Part shown: piece after piece, positions 52,913 through 63,136 of the stretch
How positions within the stretch are numbered: position 1 is the stretch's first letter
Layout: each line of letters opens with the position of its first letter
From: an uncultured delta proteobacterium
GTDB lineage: Bacteria; Myxococcota_A; Polyangia; Palsa-1104
Assembly: GCA_963785725.1 (NCBI GenBank)
Contig: CAWAWS010000016.1
Coordinates: 192,001-256,000, forward strand
DNA: 64,000 bases
Direction: 5' to 3'
Position numbers and translations under genes: made by a program
Notes under the pieces: generated by a model
What the model was told of the DNA's origin: nothing
Seen by the model: the letters and a program-made list of their open reading frames with translations, nothing else
Database searches by the model: none

Positions 52913-54851
52913 TCAGACCAGATAGAACGTGTCGCTCTTGCGCGCCTCGCCCGTCAGGATGGCGTGGTTCGCCATCTCCCGCCGCTCGGCCTCGGTGCGC
53001 AGCTGATCCCACAGCACCGGATGCTGCGACGCCATCTCGTAGAAATCTCGCGGCGGCAGCTGCACCGCCTCCGTCATGCGCGTCGCCCGCACCGTCGCCG
53101 ACGCCACGCCGCCGCGCAGGAGCGACATCTCGCCGAAGTAGCTGCCTTCGCCGAGCATGCCGAGCTTGACGACCGCCGGCTCCTTGTCGCCCGGCTTCGG
53201 CTTGGCCGCGCGCACGACCTCCACTTCACCGACGAGAATCAGATACAGCCCACCGCCCGGCGCGCCCTCTTCGATGATCTGCGCGCCGCGACCGAAGCGC
53301 CGCGGACGAAACCGCTCGGCGATGCCGGCGCGCTCCTCGTTCGTCAGCCGCTGAAAGAACGGCGCCGTCGCCATCAGCGTCGCCAACAGCCGCTCGCGAT
53401 AGAACGTCCGCAGCGTGCGCGCCACGCCCGGGATGCTCCGCCACCAGCTCGTCGATGAGATCGCGACGAATCTCGAGCAGCTCCGTGGGCTCGATCGTCT
53501 GCACCGACGCGTGGCGCCGCTGATCCGACAGCACCGCGAACTCGCCGAAGAACGCGCCCGGTCCGAGCTGCGCCACTTCGACGCCCGCCTTGGTCACCCG
53601 CACTTTGCCGGACGCGATGAGATAGCAGGCGTCGCCGGCCTCACCTTCGCGCAACACCGTCTCCTCGGCGCGGAGCTGCAGGACCGAGAGGCGCGCCAAG
53701 AGATCGACGAAGGCCGCGCGCGGCAGCTCCGACAAGAGCGGGAACGGCGGCGGCTCGACGGTCAATTCCGGCCGCGGAAACGGGCCCGACAATACGTCTT
53801 CGAGCAGCGCCGCGCCCGAGTCCTCGTCGCCGAACGTCAGCTCGGCGGGCGGCGCCGGCAAGCGGCCCGACTCGATCGGCCGCGACGGCAGCCGCAATGA
53901 CAGTGCGGCCTCGGCGGCGACAATCTCCTCCACGGCCACCGTCGACATGCGCTCGGTGTCGCGCCGCAGCGCCGCGTCGTGCTCGGCCAGCGTCTCCGGC
54001 GCCGGGTCCGACAGCTCGAGCAGCATGTTGCCGCGCGCCAGCCGCTTGGTCTCCTCGGGAAAATCGAGCGCCTGGCGCGCCGTCAACGCCTCCGCCGCTT
54101 TTAGCGCGCGCCACTCGGGCGAGCTCTGCCGGCGCTTGCGCTCGATCGATCCAGCGCGCGTCGCCTCGGGATCGCCGCCCGTCAAGGTCTGCTCGCGATC
54201 GGCGCCCGTGCGCGTCGGCTCGATTTCGGCGGGCTCGACGTCGGCCTCGCCAATGCGCGTCACCGGCTCGGGCGCGTCATCCTCGTCGTACACCGAGCGC
54301 ACGCGCCAGCCGAGCGGATGATCGCCGACCGGCGTCTGATCCCCTTCGGCGATGGGCGCATCGGCGATGACGTCGGCCTCGAAGTCGAGCTCGACGTGCG
54401 CCTCGGCCGGCGTCGCCTCGTCGTCGAACAGCGTCGGCAGCGGAGCCGGTGGGCCCAAGCCCGACTGCGTCTTGCGCACCGACGCGTTCCAGCCGACCAC
54501 CGGCGCCACTTCCGGGACGGCCGGGCGGCTCGGCTCGCGCGGCAGCGGAATCGGCGGCCGCCGATCGCCCTCCAACCGCCGCGCCGCCAACGTCGCCAAC
54601 ATCTCCAGCGTGTCGCGATGCGCCGGATCGATGTCGAGGATCCCCTTGCAAACCGCCATCGCCTGCACGAGCCGGCCGTCTTCGGCGTACGCCTCGGCCA
54701 CGCCGCGATAGAGCTCGATGGCGTCGCCGGCGCGGCCCGCTTCACGCAGCGCCGCCGCCAGCTCCAACCGCTTCGGAATCGAGCCCGGCTCGGCTTTGAG
54801 AGCCGCGGCCAGCTCCTTCAGGCGACGCTTGATGTCGCGCGGCCGCTCCAC
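52913..54851 (-). CDS. TPR + tandem cyclic-nucleotide-binding domain protein; indel near 53430
   Basis: N-terminal TPR-like region; LREGEAGDACYLIASG...FFGEFAVL...RHASV and IEEGAPGGGLYLILVG...YFGEMSLL. Confidence 0.88.
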
Positions 54852-54858
54852 GTGTTGG

Positions 54859-55395
54859 CTACTTCGCCACCAGGTTCACGGGCTGCTCGAACGCCACCGG
54901 GTCGCCTTGGAACGCCGGGAACTTCCACTTCTCCATCGTTCCCGCCATGCACTTCTCCATCTCCGCGTCGGTGTGCGGCGTGAAGCTGACGCCGCGCGCC
55001 ACGCCCACGTTCTCGACCGAGAAGTGTGCCGTCACCGTCGAGACATACTGCAAATCGGGCTTCCGCTTGAGCGCCTTTTCGTAGCACGCGCGCAGCCCGC
55101 CCGAGTTCTGCCGCACGACCTTGACGACGGCCTCGGGCGCGACGTTGCCCTCCATGTGCTTCTGGCCCGCGTTCGACGCCTTCAAGTCGAGCGGCTCCAG
55201 CTGTGTCGTGTGCGCCTCTTGCAACTTGGTCAGCTGCGCTTTGGCTTCGGCGAGCTGATCCTTCAAGTTGCTCAAGTCGTTACGGCACTGCACGAGCTCG
55301 GTGGCCAGCTTGGCTTTCGACTGATCGTTATCGGCGCCGCCCGAACAAGCCGACAGACCGAGACCCAGACCCAGGACCAGGAACGATATCCGCAT
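54859..55395 (-). CDS. Lipoprotein with coiled coil and AgmX/PglI (TonB_C-like) domain
   Basis: Lipobox LSAC; LRACYEKALKRKPDL...CMAGTMEKWKFP. Confidence 0.8.
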   Translation of the reverse strand: MRISFLVLGLGLGLSACSGGADNDQSKAKLATELVQCRNDLSNLKDQLAEAKAQLTKLQEAHTTQLEPLDLKASNAGQKHMEGNVAPEAVVKVVRQNSGGLRACYEKALKRKPDLQYVSTVTAHFSVENVGVARGVSFTPHTDAEMEKCMAGTMEKWKFPAFQGDPVAFEQPVNLVAK

Positions 55396-55418
55396 GATGG
55401 TCCCTGATTTTACCACAG

Positions 55419-55766
55419 TCACTTACGTTGCGTGAGCTCGACGAGCGGTCGCCCTTTGGCGACGTGCTCTTCGAGGATGCGGCGCGCTTCGGCCGGCTCG
55501 ACGCGGTGATAGAGCGACGCGCGCCCGCCCGACGTCGGCATGAGCTTGAGCATCATGGCGTTGTCGGTCGGTAGATTTTCGCGCACCAGGACGTTGACGC
55601 CGCGCTGACACTTGCCGAAACAGCTGTAGAGATCGAGCGTCACCGAGTTGCCGTCGAGCGGGCAGGTGGCGAGCTCGCGTTTGAAGGCGGCGTGCACGTC
55701 GGCCGAGTGGCGCTTGTCGCCGCACTCGGGTCCGCGGCAGACCAGGATCGTGTACTTTTTCGGCAC
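55419..55766 (-). CDS. Thioredoxin-like [2Fe-2S] ferredoxin
   Basis: ILVCRGPECG...SCFGKCQRG...YHRV...RILEEHV.KGRP. Confidence 0.85.
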   Translation of the reverse strand: MPKKYTILVCRGPECGDKRHSADVHAAFKRELATCPLDGNSVTLDLYSCFGKCQRGVNVLVRENLPTDNAMMLKLMPTSGGRASLYHRVEPAEARRILEEHVAKGRPLVELTQRK

Positions 55767-55789
55767 GGCGGCGCCGACAATGTTAGCAC

Positions 55790-57719
55790 CTATTGCGGCT
55801 TTTCGGTCGCGCCGCGTGGCTCCTCGCGGTCCTTGTCTTTCTCTTTATTTGGCGGGCCCGGATCGGCATTCGCGCCCGGATCGGCCGCCGGCGCGCGTTC
55901 ATGCTCGGCGCGGTCGATCTCGCCCTCTTTGTGCTCGCGCGACGCTTGCAGCGCCGTTCGCAGCTGGCGCGCCAGCGGCGCCAGCGTGCGCGGATCGTCG
56001 GCGACATAGACGGCCGCGCGCCGCGCCTCCACGCCGCCGGCTTTGACGAGCGCCTCGGCCGCGATCGCCAGCGGCGCCGGATCGAGCGCGAAGTCGGCGT
56101 CCGCGTGATACTCGAGCAGGAACTCGGTCAGCGCCTGCGTCGCCTGCGGGCCGCCGAGCGACGCCAGCGACGCCGTGATGTCGCGCAGCGCCGCTTCCGG
56201 CGTCTCGTGGTCGGCGAGCTGCGCGGCCAAGAGCGGCACGGCGTCCTTGGCGTCGAGCGCGGCCAGCGCGCGCGCCAGCACGTCGAGGCCGCGCGGCTGC
56301 TTGTCGTCGAGGAAGTCGTAATGCTCGGCGAGCGCGCTCAACAGCTCGGGCGCGGCCAAGCGATCGCGACGCGTCACCAGCTCTTCGCCGGCCTGCTTCT
56401 GCGCCGCCGGCGGCGGCCCGCTCGGTCCCGGCTGCGCGCGCACGATCTTCAGCAGCGCCATCGACACCGGCAGGCCGCTGACGTCGCCGAGCGCGTCGAC
56501 GGCGAAGACCTTGACGGCGCCGAAGCGCGCGTCGTGATCCCAGACGATCTGCTCGAGCGTGCGCGCGACCTCGGTCGGCGTCGGCTGCGTGGCCGACGCG
56601 CCGGCGACGAAGCCGTCGGCGTCGAAGCTGGCGCCGGCGATGCGCAAGCCCGTGCGCTGCACGATGCGCGCGGCGCCCGACTGCACGTCGACGACGCCGA
56701 GATCGCCGTCGGCGCTGGCGAAGACGATGGCGCTGCCCGCGTCCTCGCTGGCGACGACGTCGGTGCGCGGATGCGCGTAGACCCAGCGCAGCTTGCCGAG
56801 GCGCGCGTCGAAGGCGAAGAAGAAGCGATAGCTGTGCAACACGGCCAAGTCGTCGCGGAAGCCGGCGCCGACGTCGCGGCCGCGCCACAAGAGGCGGTTG
56901 CGATCGAACGCGCCCAGCGCCGCCTGCGCCGGCTGGTAGCCGTCCCACGAATAGGCCGTGCGCACTTGCTCGCCGGTCAGCTTGGCTTCGGCGTACGACG
57001 AGCCGGCGCGGCTGCCGGCGGCGCTCTTGTCGTCGAGCCGATAGACGCCGCGACCACCGCCGTAAAAGAGCCCTTCGGGCATGGCTCTAACGAAGGCGAT
57101 CGCCTCGTCGGTGGCACGCACGCGCGCCAGCTCCTTGCCGGTCAATCCGTCGATGAGCGCCAGGTTCTGATGCGCGAACGGCACGGCCACGAGCCCGCCG
57201 CGCGCGGCCGGCGCGCCGACGGCATCGGCGGTCGCGATGCGCCACAGCGGCTTGCCGGCGCCGTCGATCGACACGACCGCCGCCCGCTTGTCGCTCGTTT
57301 GCACGGCGTAAACTAAGCCGATCGCCATCGAGCGTGAGGCCGACAAAGGTCTCACCTTCAGCGAGCGTCACGCGCGTCCGCTCGGCGCCGCTCGCCTCTT
57401 GCCGCACGACGATGTCGCGATCGCCCTGCCGATACGCCAAAAGGCCGTCGCCGACGACGACGCGCGAGCGCACGTCCGACGACTGCTCCCAGGCGATGTG
57501 CCCTTCGGCCAAGTCATAGCCGACCAGCTTGCCGTCGGTGACGAGGAACGCCATCGGGTGGCCGCTGCGCTGCGCCGGCGCCGACGCATGCGCCAACGCG
57601 CGCGCCAAGTCGCCGACGTCGTTGTCGCGCGTGTGCTGCGAGAACGCCGGCTCGGCACAGCCCGCGGCCAGGCCCGCGAACGCCACGCCGAACGCCACAT
57701 TGATAGGCAGTCGCGTCAC
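55790..57719 (-). CDS. Lipoprotein with PQQ-like beta-propeller and HEAT-like C-terminus; indel near 57330
   Basis: Lipobox AAGC; repeats GYDLAEGHIAW, SIDGAGKPLW, AFDARLGKLRW; helical C-terminus. Confidence 0.7.
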
Positions 57720-58562
57720 TGGCGGCTCCGCTCGTCGACGACCTTCTGCGCTTCCAGCCGCGACGGCCGATTCCTGTCCTTCTCGGTCGCCGCCACGTAC
57801 TCCAAGAGCGCCGTCGTCGAATCGGCGCCCGGCACCTTGGCCAGCGTCCGCACCACTTCGACGCGAATGGGCTCGGGCCCGAAGTCGTTGCGCTTCAACA
57901 TCTCGCCCAAGGCCGAGCACAAAATCGGATCGGGCACGCTGCCGAGCATCTCCGACAGCCGATGCGCCAGCTGCGGCGTCCCGATGGCGGCGAGCGCGCC
58001 GGCCGCCGAAGGATCGCGATGCTCGAGCAGCTTCACCAGGCGCTCCTCGGCGCCGCTCTCACGCCGCGCGCCGATACACTGCGCGGCCTCGGCGCGCACG
58101 TCGACGTCGGAGTCGCCGAGCGCGGCCTCGAGCGCCGGCAGCGCGCGCTTGTCGCCCGGCGGCAGCGCGCTCAGCGCCGCCAGCGCCGCCTTGCGCACCT
58201 CGGGCGTCCGATGGTGCGCGTAGCGCTCGAGCATCGTCACCGCGCGCGAATCCGTACGACCGGCCAGCGCTTGCAAGAATCGCCGCGTCGACCTTGGGCG
58301 CCGCGCCGTGGCCGAGCGCGTCGACGAGCGCGTTCACCGCCGCCGTGTCCGTCGGCGCCGCTTGGCTGAGCGCGCGCGCCGCGTCGATGGCGCGCGGCTC
58401 GTCATTGGACTCGAGATCCTGCAGCCGCTCCGGCGTCGCCGGCGACGGCACCGGCGGCGGCGGCGGCGCGACCAGCTTGGGCTTCGTCTTCTCCGCGCGT
58501 GCCATCCCCGACGTCAGCGGCATCGTCGCCGCCAACGCTCCCCACAGCGCCCAGATTCGCAT
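57716..58562 (-). CDS. Exported HEAT-repeat protein; indel near 58277
   Basis: Signal peptide MRIWALWGALAA...ARA; ALGDSDVDVRAEAA-type repeats. Confidence 0.75.
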
Positions 58563-58570
58563 ATCGCCTC

Positions 58571-59125
58571 TTATTTGCTGTCGCCGTCGGCGGGCTTGTC
58601 GCCACCGCCGGCGGCCTTGGTCTCGTCGTCGCTGAAGTTGACCTTGCCCGAGTACTTCGGCCCTTCCTCGCGCAAAATGAACGTGCCCGAGGCGATGACG
58701 CGACGGCGATCCTCGATCGTCATCAGATACTTCTTGTTGCCCTCGATATCCTCTTTGTCGAAGACGACCGAGTTGAAGAGCACCCGATCGCCGCGCGTCA
58801 TGAACTGCTCCGTCGAGACCTTCTGCTGATGCGCGCCGGCGGTGATGTCGTAGAGCACCAGCATGACCTGCACGTCGTTGACCGGCTGCGCGAAGAAGGC
58901 CGCATACTGCACCGTCAGCTTGCCCGACTTTTTGTCGTACCACATCGAGCCCTTCGACATGCCCTTGAGCTGCGACACGTACGACGACACCGAGTTCCAG
59001 CTCGTCGGGATGTGCTTGTCGGTGATGATGATGCGCCCCTTCAACGAATCTTCGGGAGCGGCGCCTTTGGCGTGGGCGCTGCCGGCGAGGAGGAGCGCGA
59101 AAATGAACGCGGCGAGCTGTCTCAT
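58571..59125 (-). CDS. Secreted hypothetical protein (184 aa, beta-rich)
   Basis: Signal peptide ending SAHA; strong codon bias. Confidence 0.8.
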   Translation of the reverse strand: MRQLAAFIFALLLAGSAHAKGAAPEDSLKGRIIITDKHIPTSWNSVSSYVSQLKGMSKGSMWYDKKSGKLTVQYAAFFAQPVNDVQVMLVLYDITAGAHQQKVSTEQFMTRGDRVLFNSVVFDKEDIEGNKKYLMTIEDRRRVIASGTFILREEGPKYSGKVNFSDDETKAAGGGDKPADGDSK

Positions 59126-59272
59126 GCGCCGCAGGCTACCGCACTCGCGCGCGCCCGGTAAAGCGCCAGAACATCGACAAATGCAGGTTCACGCGCGGCG
59201 CAAACTGCGGTTTGCAGCTGGTCAGCCGCCGTCGATCGAGGGCGGCTTGGCTGCCGTCGATACGAGGCGGCT

Positions 59273-60136
59273 TTAGCCGCCGTCAACCAAGAGCGCGGCG
59301 ATGCGCACCAGCGCGTCACGCCCGGCGCGCCCTTTTTCGACGGCGACCTTGGCCACGCGCCGCGCCGTCGCCCGATAGAGCGCCGCCAGCTCGGCGTGCG
59401 ATCTGAGCGCCAGCAAGTGGCGCGCGACGACCGCGACGTCACCGCGCGCGATCGGCCCCGTCAGCGCGTCGGGTAGCCCGACCGAGCCCAAGTTGCGCGC
59501 CGTCGACGCCAGCAGCGACGCCAACGCCCCCGTCGCCTGCGCGCGCGGCAGGCCGAGCGAAGCCAACAGCTCGACGCCGGCATCGACGAGCGCCACCGCG
59601 TGGTTCGACACCAGCGCCGCCGCCGCGTGGTACTTCGGCAGCTGCGCAGCGTCGAGCATGAGCGGCACGGCGCCCAGCCAATCGGCGAGCCTGAGCGCGG
59701 CTTCGCGACCGAGCACGTCGCCTTCGATCGCGAACACGACGCCGCCGAGCTCGCTGTCTTCGGGCGCGCCGGCGAGCGAACGCAGCGGATGCAGGACGCC
59801 CATGCCGAGCGGTCGCCGCGCCAAGGCCGCGAACGCCTCCGCCGACGGCAGCGCCCCCGAGCAGTGCAAGAGAATCGGCGGCGTCGCCTCGTCGGCCACG
59901 CCCGCCATCACCAGCGCCGCCACCTCGGCAATCGCTTCGTCGCGCACGGCCAAGACGACGACGTCGGCCACCGGCAGCGGCAAGCCCGCGCGTCGCCACC
60001 AGCGCTGCGGCGCGCCGCCCGTTCGCGTCAGCCCCGTCGCCAACGCGCGCGCCACCGGCCCGTCGCCGACGATGAGCAGCCGCTCGAGACTCGGCGGCCG
60101 CAGCGGCAGCGGCTGCGTGCGCGAGCTCTCGCTCAT
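59273..60136 (-). CDS. Rossmann-like + DUF2520 oxidoreductase (PanG-like ketopantoate reductase family)
   Basis: IVGDGPVA, LAVRDEAI, LHCSGA, LHPL, YHAAA.LVSNH, ALTGPIARGD. Confidence 0.85.
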   Translation of the reverse strand: MSESSRTQPLPLRPPSLERLLIVGDGPVARALATGLTRTGGAPQRWWRRAGLPLPVADVVVLAVRDEAIAEVAALVMAGVADEATPPILLHCSGALPSAEAFAALARRPLGMGVLHPLRSLAGAPEDSELGGVVFAIEGDVLGREAALRLADWLGAVPLMLDAAQLPKYHAAAALVSNHAVALVDAGVELLASLGLPRAQATGALASLLASTARNLGSVGLPDALTGPIARGDVAVVARHLLALRSHAELAALYRATARRVAKVAVEKGRAGRDALVRIAALLVDGG

Positions 60137-60690
60137 GGCCGGCTCTCGTCGCGATAGAGCCGCTGTTCGACGATGTACTGCAGAACGTCGGCATCGACGA
60201 TGTCGTCGACCGGTTTGCCGCGCCCGATCCACTCGCGCACCAGCGTCGACGAGATCGCCGGCAGCTCCAGCCCGCCCGTCGCCGGCGCGCCTTGCCGACC
60301 GACGACGATGAAGGGGACGAGCTCGCGCAGCTCCGGCCAACCGTGCCAACGCTCGCGCTCCGCCACCAAGTCGGCGCCGATGACGATCGCAAACGCGTGC
60401 GTCGGATGGCGCGCTTGCAACGCGCGAACGGTCCTGAGCGTGTAGCTCTCGCCGCTCAATTCCTCTTCGATGCGATTGACGCGCACCTTGCCGGCCGCGA
60501 ACGGCGCCAGCGCCAGCTCGCACATGCGCGCCCGATCGGCGAACGGCGCCAAGGCCTTGTCGAACGGATGCTTGAACGTCGGGACCAGCCACACTTCGTC
60601 GACCCGCGCCGTCGCCAGCACCCACGTGATGGCCAGCTGGTGCGCCAAATGCGGCGGGTTGAAGCTGCCCCCATAAATCGCCACGCGCAT
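60133..60690 (-). CDS. nadD: Nicotinate-nucleotide adenylyltransferase
   Basis: YGGSFNPPHLAH, SYTLRT, VIGAD, ISSTLVR. Confidence 0.92.
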   Translation of the reverse strand: MRVAIYGGSFNPPHLAHQLAITWVLATARVDEVWLVPTFKHPFDKALAPFADRARMCELALAPFAAGKVRVNRIEEELSGESYTLRTVRALQARHPTHAFAIVIGADLVAERERWHGWPELRELVPFIVVGRQGAPATGGLELPAISSTLVREWIGRGKPVDDIVDADVLQYIVEQRLYRDESRP

Positions 60691-60748
60691 CGACGCTCGA
60701 CGCTAGCACGATTTTGCGCGCCTCGTCTGCGCGTGCGATCGTCGCCGC

Positions 60749-61405
60749 ATGCCTCGACGGCTCCGCGCGCGCGCCAGCGGCCAGCTCGATCTGGCCGTCG
60801 CCGGCCACTTTCAGGCGACGCTCTTGAGCGGCCGCGCGCTGTACGACGAGGTCATCGCCGACGGCATCGCGCGCGCCAAGAAGTCGGTGTGGATCGCGAC
60901 CGCCAACGTCAAAGAGCTGTTCGTCGAGCGCAAGGGATCGCGCGGCGGCGTCGGCAGCATCGTCGGCATGCTCGCCGAGCTGCACGACCGCGGCGTCGAG
61001 CTCAAGCTCTTGCACGCCGAGGTGCCGTCGCGCCGCTTCCGCGCCGCGTTCGACCGCCATCCCGCGCTCGTGCAGGGTGGCTTGCGCATGAAGCAGTGCC
61101 CGCGCGTGCACATGAAGGCCGTCATCCTCGACGGCACGCGGCTCTACTTGGGCTCGGCCAACTTCACCGGCGCCGGCCTCGGCATGAAGGGCGACGACAA
61201 GCGCAACTTCGAGCTCGGCTTCTTGACCGAGGATTTCGAGCTGCTCGACCGGGTGCAAGGGCTCTTCGACGCCATCTGGCGCGGCGAGCCCTGCCCGAGC
61301 TGCGCGCTCAAAGACGTGTGCCCCGATCCCGGCGGTTACGGCGCGGGCCGCGTCATCGCCAGCGCAAATTTAGTGAAGGTAAAGGCGAAGTCGAAGGCGA
61401 AGTAG
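60749..61405 (+). CDS. Single-HKD phospholipase D/nuclease-superfamily protein
   Basis: HMKAVILD...GSANFT...NFELG; C-terminal CPSCALKDVC. Confidence 0.85.
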   Translation: MPRRLRARASGQLDLAVAGHFQATLLSGRALYDEVIADGIARAKKSVWIATANVKELFVERKGSRGGVGSIVGMLAELHDRGVELKLLHAEVPSRRFRAAFDRHPALVQGGLRMKQCPRVHMKAVILDGTRLYLGSANFTGAGLGMKGDDKRNFELGFLTEDFELLDRVQGLFDAIWRGEPCPSCALKDVCPDPGGYGAGRVIASANLVKVKAKSKAK

Positions 61406-62860
61406 CTACTGAATCGGATAGGGCTTGAGCGTCGTCTGCCCGTTCTTGACGACGACCTTGAAGCGCACCAGCCGCGCGTTGTACTTCTTGCGCAGGCCGA
61501 GCTCGTTCTGCTGCAGCTTCTGCGCAAAGCCGTCGAAGTTGAGCCCTTCGGCGCCCTCGCCCGTCTGCAGCCGCGCGGCCACGTACTCGTCGTAGACGCG
61601 GCGCAGATACGTGGCTTCCGGCTCTTCGGCGAGCGCCAACACCTCGGGCGTCGTGTGCGGCCCCGTCGCCGACGGGTCGACCGTCAGCTCGCCGCCCCAC
61701 CGCTGCTGCTGCCCGCTGTCGTCGCCGGCATCGCTCGAGCCGAGCTCGTCGTCCGACGGATCGGGCCGGCCCAGCAGACGCGCCAGCATGACGTTGAGCG
61801 CGTTGGCCAAGCCTTCGAAGTCCTTCGACGGCGTATCGAACGAGTAGTCGCGATTGCCGTTGATGACCTCGGCGACGCCGCCCTCGATCTTGTCGAGCGG
61901 CGACAAGAAGCGCAGCGCCGTCAACACCGCAGCGCCGACGGCCACGAGCAGCCCAACCAGCCCGAGCACCGCCACCAGCATCGCCACCGAGCCGATGTTG
62001 GCGTGTGCCGCCGTCAGCGACGCCAGCACGACGAAGCCCGACTTGCCGCGCGTCAGATTGCCCGGCAGCGGACCGGCCGCGGCCAAGAACTCGTCGCCGT
62101 TGATGCGCACGACGGTCGGCTTCGTCATCTGCCCCGTGCCTGCCGCGTCCGCCAAATGCGCGCCGTCGAACAGCTCCTTCGACAGATCGACCTCTTCTGC
62201 CGACTGGCCGCCCTGCTTCGAGAAGCTCGACGCGCGAATCTTGCCGTCGAGGAAGAAGGCCACTTCGGTGCCGAGCTTGTCGCAATCGGCCGCCGCCTCC
62301 ATGCCCGACGCCACGAAGCCGACGATGAGCGCGCCCGCGACCGCGCCCGTGCGCGCGCGAATCGGCGCCGCGCCGACGCGATAGAGGTGCCCGTCGAAGT
62401 TCCACACGTCCTTGTTGGCGACACCGTCGAGCGCCTTGCCCACCGACGGATAGCGCGCCTTCAAGTCGTCGTCGTACATGGCGTTGATGTTGAGATCGCG
62501 CGCCACGACGTGCCCGTTGGCGCTGACGACGGCCACCAGGTCCGGCTTGTGCCCGTCGTTCTCGAGACGCGCCGAGCGCGCCGACACGGCTACGAACGCC
62601 GCTTGGCGCTGCTCGTCGCCGCCCGCCTTCTGAAAGACGGTGCCGAATTCGTCCTCACGCGCCAGCTTCGCGGTCTCGTTGGTGAGGTCGATTCCGCGTA
62701 ACAGATCGAGGGAGGGCCAAGTCGCCTGCGCCCGCTCCACGCGCTTCTGGACTTCCGACTCGGCGCTGCCTGACAGCGTCGAACGGACTGAAACCAGTAC
62801 GAAAATCGTGATGACCGCGATGAGGGCCGCGGCGGCGAGCGGGATGCGAGCACGGTACAT
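61406..62860 (-). CDS. Membrane sensor-like protein (TM-Cache-TM-HAMP) with MXAN_5187-like C-terminal domain
   Basis: Two TMs flanking a periplasmic region, HAMP-like PLDKI..V..GN, C-terminus VYDEYVAAR..TGE...VRFKVVVKNGQTTLK. Confidence 0.7.
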   Translation of the reverse strand: MYRARIPLAAAALIAVITIFVLVSVRSTLSGSAESEVQKRVERAQATWPSLDLLRGIDLTNETAKLAREDEFGTVFQKAGGDEQRQAAFVAVSARSARLENDGHKPDLVAVVSANGHVVARDLNINAMYDDDLKARYPSVGKALDGVANKDVWNFDGHLYRVGAAPIRARTGAVAGALIVGFVASGMEAAADCDKLGTEVAFFLDGKIRASSFSKQGGQSAEEVDLSKELFDGAHLADAAGTGQMTKPTVVRINGDEFLAAAGPLPGNLTRGKSGFVVLASLTAAHANIGSVAMLVAVLGLVGLLVAVGAAVLTALRFLSPLDKIEGGVAEVINGNRDYSFDTPSKDFEGLANALNVMLARLLGRPDPSDDELGSSDAGDDSGQQQRWGGELTVDPSATGPHTTPEVLALAEEPEATYLRRVYDEYVAARLQTGEGAEGLNFDGFAQKLQQNELGLRKKYNARLVRFKVVVKNGQTTLKPYPIQ

Positions 62861-63136
62861 CCAGACCCCTCCCAAATGACGGAATTCGTAGACTTGCCGC
62901 GCGGGACTATCGCACCCGACCCAGGCTAAGTCAAAGGAAATGCCGGAACCGACTTCCTCACAAGTTATCCCCAGCTTGGGTGCGGCGCCTGCCCCGGTTC
63001 ACCTACAGCTTGCGACACTGCGAGTTAACCACCTGCAGTCACTGACGAATTCGAGCCCTGCGCGATCTCTCCAGCGTCGTCCACAGCGACGGTGAACGAT
63101 TATTTACGGTCCCGTCGGAGAGCGGCTGTGGATAGA

